This document shows, piece by piece, positions 54,491 through 64,000 of a DNA stretch of 64,000 nt; the first letter of the stretch is position 1; every line of letters begins with the position of its first letter. Source of the DNA: Octopus sinensis (Eukaryota); assembly GCF_006345805.1 (NCBI RefSeq), contig NC_043019.1, forward strand, positions 10,291,360 through 10,355,359, given 5' to 3'. Below the pieces are notes generated by a model that was not told where the DNA came from, searched no databases, and saw only the letters and a list, made by a program, of their open reading frames with translations. The translations under genes were made by a program, and so were the position numbers.

Positions 54491-55734
54491 AAAGGTCAAG
54501 GCTGTGTACATCTTGAGATAAAATACCAAATCGTTTTGTCCCCCCCCCCGCACACCTCCCTTCCAAGATTATCTCAGGTTCTGGTGGAAGGTGAGGGTGG
54601 GGTGGCAAGGGTGACAGAGGTCATTCTTTTACCAAAATAGAAACAGAAACAGGAAGTGAGTGTTATTTTGGTCTTTGGCGCTGCCAAAGAATTAATGAAG
54701 TCAGCCCAAACGTGCGGTCAACAGGCATGCTAGAAATAGGAGCTAAACCTCATGGAATGACACTGTCTTGGAAACGGGGAAGGACACGTTAGGCTTGGTA
54801 ATGTATGCGGTTTTAGAGACGCACTTATTTTTCAAAAAAAGGAGAGGGTGGTCACATCTGGAAAGGATTGTCTTTGAACATTGCTCCACTGGATCGGGAT
54901 TGACCTGGAGCTGTGCAATAACAGCAGGTCGGAGTAAAAGATGGGATTGTCCCAGTGAGAATACCTTCAGCCATAGGTCAACCTGGGGCTAAACAACTAC
55001 CATCACCACCACTACTACTACTACAGAAACAGCAAAAAATAGCAGCGAAACCATTACAAAAAACAAAGTGGGTGATATAGTCTTAGATACAGTCTTAAAC
55101 AAAAAATGCGGTGGCCATATCTGGATCAAAACTGACCTAGGGCTAAAAACTACTACTACTACTGATGCGACTTCTACTTCATGACTTTCTAGAAATAGCA
55201 GTGAAATTTTCCTTGCCTTCTGTCCTATCATAAAAGCAAAAAACTAAAGGACACAAAGAAAAAAGATGAGACGGTCATGATCGGAGTGTCTGTGAATCAT
55301 AGGTCTGCTGGATCACAGCTGAGCTAGGGCTAAACAAACAACCCCTGATATTAACTCACGCAAAATGGATCAAGATGACGTAAGGGACCTTAATTCTTGA
55401 GATAGAAAATCATAAAAGGCTGAATAAAATTCTAGGACAAAAGGGCATAATAGCATTAATTAGAAGGGCGCACTTCTTTTCTTGAGGGTGGGGGCACATG
55501 CTCCTCAGGACCCCCTTTGGGTCTGCCCCTGAAGACCTATACAACTAAAAGAAATGCAACAACATATCGGCAGAAGAAAACTTACGAAAGGATGTTCCTG
55601 CTGCACACGACGCCTGCATTCTTTGCCATAAATCACCGTGTTCTCCTGTAGACACTCATCGGTGCTCAGACAACATTTGGCCCCAACGATACAGCCAGAG
55701 CTTAATTCAGTGTCCCGGCCAACGCTAGCTGCAA

Positions 55735-55790
55735 TAACAACAACAACAACAATAATGATAATAATAATAACAATAATAATGATAACAATA

Positions 55791-55835
<45 letters not shown>

Positions 55836-55940
55836 TTAATAATAATAATAATAATAACAATAATAATAATAACAATAATAATAATAATAATAACAATAAT
55901 AATAATAATAATAACAACGATAACAATAATAATAATTATA
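55735..55940. repeat. (AAT/AAC)n microsatellite
   Basis: Direct inspection. Confidence 0.95.
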
Positions 55941-55989
55941 ATTTTTTTTAATTTATGTATTCGACATTCACTAGTACAACACCAAAAAG

Positions 55990-56135
55990 AAAAAAACCAA
56001 ATATATGGCACACTAGGCATAACAACAACGTGAACTTCCAACCTGTTGTCTCTTGAGGTCTCTGGGTGAGACTTGGAGCCAACTTGTACAGACATAAAGC
56101 AAAAGCCAATAATAATAATAATAATAATAATAATA
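55990..56135 (+). mobile_element. 3' end of a Dong/R4-like LINE with (AAT)n tail
   Basis: tgtctcttgaggtctctgggtgagacttggagccaacttgtaca followed by (AAT)n. The clade assignment rests on my recollection of octopus repeats and is not verified. Confidence 0.45.
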
Positions 56136-56500
56136 GCCCTGATGCAGTACCAGGCAGTGGCTCTCATGGCTTCTGATCTTAACTGATTGGAAGTGTTGTC
56201 CTGTACATTGTTTTGTCTTGGTATAAAAGATGGGCTACAGCAAATATTCTGCTCAATACCACAGATTTGTTTGTCAGTTGTTTGACTTTAACCAGTTGAG
56301 CATGTCCCTTAGTGGCTGACGATATGTGCATCTCTGATCATGAGCAGAAGTAGTGGGGGAGCATCATAGCCATGTGTTGAGAGGAATCCTTTGGGGTTTG
56401 GATAATTCACCTGTGGAAACATCGGTGTTTCGTTCAGCATCCTTAAACAACTCCTATTCAGGGACCTTTTGAGTGGGATCGGCTACGCGACCTGAAGAAA
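56135..56500 (-). mobile_element. Second copy of the 50178-50575 retroelement 3' repeat
   Basis: gccctgatgcagtaccaggcagtggctctcatggcttctgatcttaactgattggaagtg...cctgaagaaaatt. Confidence 0.8.
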
Positions 56501-57241
56501 ATTGCAGGTAGTGCTCAGAATTTTGATCACACAAATAAATAGATATTAAAACAGGTTGGATCGGATGCGGGGGGAATGAACCATTTGTTGGTGTATTCCC
56601 AGGTCCCCCTGCGGAGATCCATTGAGCAGAGTTCCAGTCAGACCCCACATCTGTGAGGTACTGCCTCATCTCCTATGACCATGTGACATGTGGTCGACCA
56701 ACATGATCTCACAACCCAGCCAGATCCTCAGCAAAGACAACACAAGAAGCAACATCTAACTTGCAAAATCAAACAACATGGCCAAACAGTTTTGAGTTGG
56801 CACTCCCGAATCATACAAGTCGCAGGTTCCATCCCAGTTTCTGAGAGAAGAGTTGTTGGTTGGCTACAAAATCTGACCAATGGATAATCCAGCCATAATC
56901 CAGGATTATGCGTTACCAGTGATATTAAATGACCAAAATAAGGCAGTGAGCAAGTAGAATCATTAGAATGCCATCATCATCATCACCATCATTCAGTGTT
57001 TTAAATCCAGGTTTTGTCCTGGTTAAAGGGGGTGATCGCATCTACCTCAATGCCATAGCAACCAAGGTAGGCAGGCGTAGCCCACCCCAACCTTTGGGCT
57101 GGCTGGTATCCATTCTCCCTTGCTATCATGAGGCTTTTTTTGGAGTTGGTTTTTCTCCAGGGAGCATGCCCTTGCTTAGGCCCAACCTCAATTTCTAGAC
57201 ATGAGTGGTCCCGAAACCAAGGCCTCAACCACCATTTTTAA

Positions 57242-57463
57242 CCCTTTCGTTACTAACCCGGCTAAAACCGGCTCTAGCTCTGTTGTACAAATGTCTTGTT
57301 TTCATAAGTTTTGAATTAAAATCTTCCACCAAACCTTAGTCACAAGTTATGTTACTAACACTAGCTTAATGACAACTAAGTTATTTTACTAAAGTCTTTG
57401 TTATATTTAAAATTAATTGAAAGAAATACAGAGCATCTCAACAGAAATACAGTAACGAAAGGG
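57242..57463. mobile_element. piggyBac-type MITE (TTAA TSD, 13-bp TIR)
   Basis: ttaa|CCCTTTCGTTACT (57242-57254) ... AGTAACGAAAGGG (57451-57463)|ttaa. Confidence 0.88.
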
Positions 57464-57846
57464 TTAAGAAATGTGGTGGAAAACAAGCTGAGGAGGTGTA
57501 AATTCTGTTGAGGATGACTTTGCTTTTCATCCCCTCTGGATGCAATAAACCAAGTACCAGTCATGCACTGAGGTTTGATGGAATAGACAAGCCAACTGCC
57601 CTCAAAGATTCAGTCATTGTACTGAGTAAGAGAAGGAATTTATTTTGTGGAACTACAAACACAAAAGCTGGCAGAATCATCAGAACACCAGAGGAAATGC
57701 TTAGCAGTATTTTGTCCATTTTCACGTCCTGAGTTCAAACAGCACTGAGGTCGACTTTGCCTTTCATCCTTTCCGAGTCATCATCATCATCATCGTTTTA
57801 CATCCGCTTTCGATGCTAGCATGGGTTGGACGATTTTGACTGAGAA

Positions 57847-58064
57847 CTGGCGAACCAGATGGCTGCACCAGGCTCCAATCTTGATCTGGCAGAGTTTCTA
57901 CAGCTGGATGCCCTTCCTAACGCCAACCACTCCCGAGAGTGTAGTGGGGGTGCTTTTTACGTGCCACTACACTCTCGGGAGTGGTTGGCATTAGGAAGGG
58001 CATCCAGCTGTAGAAACTCTGCCAGATCAAGATTGGAGCCTGGTGCAGCCATCTGGTTTGCCAG
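57847..58064. repeat. Fold-back of RTE-derived sequence (101-bp arms, 16-nt loop)
   Basis: 57847-57947 versus 57964-58064, two mismatches. Confidence 0.92.
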
Positions 58065-59203
58065 CCCTGATGAAATAAATATCAGCTGAATATAGGGGTC
58101 TGATGAAATCGACAACCCTGCTCTCTCCCAAAAATTCAGACCTTGTGCTTTTGGTGGGAAACAATATTAAAGGATCAAATGTTTTTGCCTGACATAGTAT
58201 TTCCCTTTATTTACAACTTATTAACTCACATGACAGGATGAATGAAAAGGACTTACTACAACTAATTGTCCGATTGTTATTCTCCCAGTTAATTATTTCT
58301 ATTATTGTCGTTATTATCCTAACTTTGAGGCATTTAACGATGGCCTTGTAATACTTAATCATGGTATATAATTACATAAATAGAGAAAATAATTTGTTGT
58401 TTATAAACTAAAAGACACACAGCTATATCGGAAAACGAGGTTGGTCGTTGGGGGTGAGGGCAGCTTAGATTAGGGTTTTTGCTTGTTTGTTTTTCCCAGG
58501 ATAGCTTTTTTTTTTATATTTATTTATTTGATATGGTTATGAAAATATACAATAGAATCATTTCTGGAATTCTTGTGAATAATTTTTGGGCTTTATTCTA
58601 GGATTGAATAGCAGATGCATTATATTCAGTGTCCCGAAACATGTGACACAAATATCCTCGTTATTGTTTGACTAAAATTTGTAAACAATATAATTACAGG
58701 AGCGGTGGGAGGTGGGGGGGGAGGTTTTTTTTTTCAGTATTGAAAGAATTCTTTATAAATTGAAAAAATTGAATTTTATTTGGGGTAAAGTTCAGTTTCT
58801 AAAGCCATTTATGGTTCTATAAAGATGCAAGCGTGGCTGTGCACCTGACAAATTTGCTTCCCAACCACAAGGTTCCAGGTTCAGTCCCACTATGCGGCAC
58901 ACTGGGCAAGTGTTTTCTACTATAGCCCCAGGCTGACCAAAGTATTGAGTGGATTTGGTAGATGGAAACTGAAAGAAGCCCGTCACATATCATCATCATC
59001 ATCATCATCATTTAATGTCCGTTGTCCATGCTGGCATGGGTGGGACGGTTTGACCAGGCTGGCATGCTGGAAGGTTGCACCAGGCCCCAGTCTGATTTGA
59101 TATGGTTTTCTACAGCTGAATCTCCTTCCTGATGCCAACCACCCCAAGAGTGTAATGAGTGCTTTTATGTGCCACCGGCATAGGTGCCATTTGTGCGACA
59201 CCG

Positions 59204-59235
<32 letters not shown>

Positions 59236-61174
59236 ATATGTATTTATGTGTGTGTCTGTGTTTGTTCCCCTGCCGTTGCTTGGTGTGTTTATGTTCCTGT
59301 AACTTAGCAGTTCGCAAAAGAAACTGATAAAATAAATACTTGGAGGAGAAATCTCAGAGCTTTGAGATAATCCAGGATTAATTGAGAACAATGTGAATAA
59401 ACAAGCATTACATTGGACAGAGTGATCTGAATGCTAAAGGGCTAATCTGTGAGACCCCTTAGCATTATGATGTAACTGGACTCTGAACATCTTGACCTCC
59501 CTTGTAGCGTGATGCATAGTTTGAGGTCTTTGTGGGTGAATTTGGTAGACGGAAACTGAAAGAAGCCTCTGTGTGTGTTTGTGTGTGTACCTTTGTCTTG
59601 GCATCATGTGATGGTTGACAATGAGCTTCACCATCATAGAAGCAATGTTGTTTGTTTCCAGTCCTCTGTGCAGAACATGTCCAGCTGTGGCGAAATATTA
59701 ACTTACTGGGAAACAGGTAAAGGTTGGCAACAGGAAAGGCGTCTCACCATAGAAAAGCTGCCTCAACAAATCCCGTGTGGCCCACATGAACATGGAAAAG
59801 TGGACATTAAATGATGATGATGGATATGATGATGGTGACGATGATGATGAGGAGGGGGATCCTCTTGCTATCTCTGTTGCTTGTACTAACGAGGTCTAAT
59901 GTAGCTAATAGCTCAGGCATTATGACAATTTGGGATGACTTTCTTGTCTTTCTTGGAGGTTCTTGAGAATGACAATGAACAGGTTGGTGTGAGAAGCCAG
60001 ATTTGTTCAGCTTAAATGTAAACCAGGTAGAATATTTGGGGCATTTATGCTCAGTTTAAATGCTAAAGGTTTCACAAAATCTTAATATTTTAAGGCAAGT
60101 GTTTACATCAAATATATTGGGTTTATTTTAGCACCCCAAGACATTACAACACCCAGAAAATGACCTGTAACTTTACAAGGCTGTGTAGCACCCTGAGCTG
60201 GTGTCTTCTGTAGCCTGGGGTTTTAGGAAAAGACACATGCTGAAGGTGCTACACAGTGGAACTGAAGCCAAGACCAGAAGTTTAGGAACCAAGTTTGTTA
60301 ACCACACAGCCGTGATCAAGGAGAATTAAGTGGATGAGATATTCTAAGGAAACATCAAGTACATTAAACACGATTAGCTGCCATGATAAAAGATTCTTTT
60401 AAACTTGACACATCACACAAAGAGTTCAACAAAATGGCAGATTCTTGGATGGTTTATCGCTAAAGGGAAAGGTTGACAGACTTCTAATTTTAGCTTTGTC
60501 AATGGGTTACCAGAAATTCCATCCTGGAGATAACAAAAAGAAGCAGTGAAATTTTGGCCTCAGCAATTTGCAACGCATAATGTGGATGGAGTCTAAAAAT
60601 ATCTCGTTTGTGGTTTATGTTTCACAAAGTTCTGAAGAATGGCGTGTTCTTAAACAATTGTTAAACAGGAAATGTTTTATCTTTTATAGGCTGACATCAT
60701 ACCTTGGAGATAATTTTGGGTGTAACAATTCCGATAATGATTTTTCAAATACAGCTGTTACACCATGTCTTGAAAAACAAGAAGAAGCAGATTTTCAAAT
60801 TCTGTGAAAGACGTACAACAGATTGCCAAACCAGATATGATTAACAGGAGCTTCCCGAGTTGTGATCTTTCTTGGACAAATGAAACCCAACTGGTTCAAA
60901 TTTCGAGGCCCGTGAGCTATGCATTAAGCTACATGCGATGTCAAAAGGCTAAACGTTTGAATGTTTTGAGCTCAATTACATCTTACTGCTAAAGGGATCT
61001 CAAAGTTTAACCATTTAGCATTCAGACTACTGTCAAATGCAATCTTAGTTTATCCACATTGCTTTAACGTCGCCCATTACCAATGTCGCCTTACTGGCAC
61101 CTGTGCCAGTAACATGTGTAAAAAGATTCTAGCGCCAGAAGAAAAAAGACCATCTTTGGTTTCAGGACAAAAGG

Positions 61175-61541
61175 CGTTCTATCAGGATAAAGCTTGGTCA
61201 CATATAGCGAGGACGACATTCCAAAGGCTAGGGCAGTTTGAATAAGAAACGATGCCCCACTCGCTATATTCGCTGGACGTTGCTCCATCTGATTATCATT
61301 TATTCTGCAGTCTTCAAAATCATTTGGACAGAAAAAATATGAATTCTATAGCCAAGGTTATAAGAGTACTGGGGGAGTATTTTTCGTCATGGACAAGTGA
61401 ATTTTGGAAGAGGGGCCTTGAAAGTCAACCAGATAGAGGGGAGAGTATTGTAGAAAATGAAGGAGAGTATATATTAGATTAGAAAAGAACTGTGTTTACC
61501 TTACGTTTGAAAAAATCACATTATTTGGAGGATGACCCAAT
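61175..61541 (+). mobile_element. Mariner transposase 3' remnant with TIR
   Basis: QDKAWSHIARTTFQRLGQFE*ETMPHSLYSLDVAPSDYHLFCSLQNHL...IVENEGEYILD*, a decayed YSPDLAPSDYHLF motif. Followed by cattatttggaggatgacccaata|ta. Confidence 0.88.
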
Positions 61542-61849
61542 ATATGTGTGTGTGTGGGTGTGCGTGTGTATGTATGTATATATATATATATGTGTGTGTA
61601 TCTGTGTGTATACATATATATGTGTGCATGTGTGTGTTTGTGTATATGTGTCTGTGCGTGTGTGCATGTATGCATGTGTGTGTGTATATATATGTGTGTA
61701 TCTGTGAATACACATATATGTGTGTGAGCATGTGTATGTGCGTGTATCTGTGTGTATACATATATATGTGTGCATGTGTGTTTGTGTATATATGTGTGTG
61801 TGTGTGTGTGTAATGAGAAAATCAATGTCTTACCTTTTACTTCAACAAC

Positions 61850-62230
61850 ATTGAAATTACCGATTTTCAGAGATTCTACATCTAGGAACCACTTAAGGAA
61901 AAATATTGGTTAAGTTAATTAGAAATATAATATATATTAGTTAATTAAAAACACAATATACTGGTTAAATGAAAATGTAACATAACGATGAATTTTTAAT
62001 ATACCATACTAGTTAATTAAAAATATAATACATTGATTAATTAGGAATATATTCTATGGGTTAATGAGAAAATATATCAAATATATTTGTTAATTCAAAA
62101 TATAAATGAATCAATTAAAATACAAATGGGTTAGTTTAAAATGCAAAATAAATTGGTTAATTCTCAAAATCTTAATAGAAATATAAAAGCTTTAGCTCAA
62201 TTAAAAATACAAAATAATTGATTACGTACA
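61850..62230. repeat. Very AT-rich degenerate tandem repeat
   Basis: Recurring ttaattaaaa(a)tac/ataata and tggttaa motifs. Confidence 0.6.
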
Positions 62231-62264
62231 AATATATATATATAACTCTATTTTTCTTTTTTTT

Positions 62265-62608
62265 TTTACTTGTTTCAGTCATTTGACTGCGGCCATGCTG
62301 GAGCACCGCCTTTAATCGAACAACTCGACCCCGGGACTTATTCTTTTGTGAGCCCAGTACTTATTCTATCGGTCTCTTTTGCCGAACCGCTAAGTAACGG
62401 GGACATAAACACACCAGCATCGGTTGTCAAGCGATGTTGGGGGGTACAAACACAGACACACAAACATATACACACACACACATATATACATATATACGAC
62501 AGGCTTCTTTCAGTTTCCATCTACCAAATCCACTCACAAGGCTTTGGTCGAACCTGGAACCATGTGGTTGGTAAGCAAGCTACTTACCACACAGCCACTC
62601 CTGTGCCT
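62265..62608 (-). mobile_element. SINE family 1, well-preserved copy
   Basis: Tail ggcggtgctccagcatggccgcagtcaaatgactgaaac (62310-62272) and head aggcacaggagtggctgtgtggtaag. Confidence 0.88.
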
Positions 62609-62749
62609 ATAATATATACATATATATAACAGTGTACATTTAAACATGATGGTGAAATAGTCTGGGAGCAGTTGATGTAAAGATGAAGTAGATCTGGCTA
62701 CCCTAGTTGACGAGGACAAACCCAGATTTAAAATATTGGAATTCATCAT

Positions 62750-62791
<42 letters not shown>

Positions 62792-64000
62792 AGTTGATCT
62801 GGCAGTGTTTCTACACCTGGATGCCCTTCCTAACGACATCCACTCCGTGAGTGTAGTCGGTGCTTTTTACGTGCCACCGACACAGGTGCCAGGCGAGGCT
62901 GGCAACGGCCACGATCGGTTGGTGCTTTTTACGTGCCACCAGCACGGAAGCCAGTCAAGCCAGTGCTGGCATCGGCCACATTCAGATGGTGCTTTTTACG
63001 TGCCACCGGCACTGGTATCACAACGACAATTTCATTGATTTTTGATGTTGATGTACGTGACTCAATAGGTCTCCTCAAGCACAGGGTCGAAACGGCGTTT
63101 CTTTACTTGCCACCTGCACAGGAGTCAGTCCAGCGGCACTGGCAACAGCCGGGTGCCAGTCATCGAATTTGGTTCAATTTCGATTTCACTTGCCCCAACA
63201 GGTCTTCGCAAGCAGAGTTTAGAGTCCAATGAAGGGAGGTTGGCATGGGTGCGAGTCGTCGGATGTGGTTCGATTTTTGAATTCAATTTCGATTGAACTT
63301 GTCGCTGAAAACTAACAAACAAAACAAGGACTCTCTATCAAGTCATTCAAACTGCTGGAAATAACAGTCAAATCTTGCTCAAATCAAACCCTACTGACTA
63401 TGGAGTGGGATCAAGTATTCATTGGATAAATAGGATTCAATACTCTTTTACTTGTTTCAGTCATTTGACTGTGGCCATGCTGGAGCACCGTTCGTTATCT
63501 TTTATCTTTTGCTTCTTTCGGTTGTTAGACTAAGGCCATGCTGGAGCACTGCATCAAAGAGTTTTTAGTTGAATGAATCAACTGCAGCACTTTTTTTTAA
63601 AGCCTAGAATTAATTTTATGTTTTTTTTTATGCAGAATTGTTAAGTTATGGGGACATAAACAAACCAGTGTTGGTTGTCAAGCAATGGTGACGGACAAAC
63701 ACATATATATATATGACAGGCTTCTTTCAGTTTCCATTTACCAAATCCATTCATAAGGCTTTGGTCATCCCGTGGCTGTAGCTGAAGGCAACTGCCATGC
63801 AGTGGGACTGAACCCAAACCTATGTGGCTGGGAAGCAAACTTCTTACCACACAGCCATGCCTGTGCCCATGTGAAACAAAAGACATAAAAAAAATGAAGG
63901 GATGGACACAGCTGGAACGTCTCTGATCAAAGACCTGCTAGATCAGGACTGACCTTGGGTTAAACAACAACAACCACAAAAACTAAGTCAGCCTAATGAA

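Noticed and set aside
56135-56160. Resemblance of cctggtactgca (minus strand) to the U2 snRNA 3' stem-loop
   Set aside because: The match is very short, the rest of U2 is absent, and the motif is the end of a multicopy retroelement tail.
55505-56167. Poly-Ile/Leu ORFs
   Set aside because: Translation of (AAT)n.
60568-60992. Two adjacent non-repetitive ORFs and an acceptor-like site at about 60688
   Set aside because: Non-ATG starts, no recognisable motif, no partner exon; insufficient support.

Overview
AT-rich, repeat-dense eukaryotic DNA. The repeat families and gene look like a coleoid cephalopod, probably Octopus; this is an inference from recognising the repeats. One conserved host gene is clear: HSDL2 on the + strand, with seven coding exons from 7880 to 22278 (SDR domain, SCP2 domain, C-terminal AKL peroxisomal signal). 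Its short first coding exon was not found in the window. Downstream is a very large (TA/TATG)n array containing two related but distinct APE-RT LINEs of the CR1/L2 group, arranged tail-to-tail. LINE-A is 5'-truncated with a still-open 893-aa ORF2 (about 26310-29108, +). LINE-B is probably full length but frameshifted, with a CCCH zinc finger in ORF1 (about 30491-36208, -). Both LINE 3' ends and the tails of the abundant tRNA-derived SINEs share a gap-free 39-nt motif whose terminal stem-loop shows compensatory base changes. At 39.4-41.9 kb lie two intronless, acidic ORFs that I do not recognise; they share a collinear C-terminal KRE...DxExExL...HWxK...R...N...KH* motif and look like a tandem lineage-specific gene pair. 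The rest is SINEs, RTE and Dong-like fragments, mariner/maT remnants, MITEs, a Helitron, microsatellites and several long near-perfect inverted repeats. There is a 100-N gap at 36644-36743. No rRNA, bona fide tRNA or CRISPR array was found.
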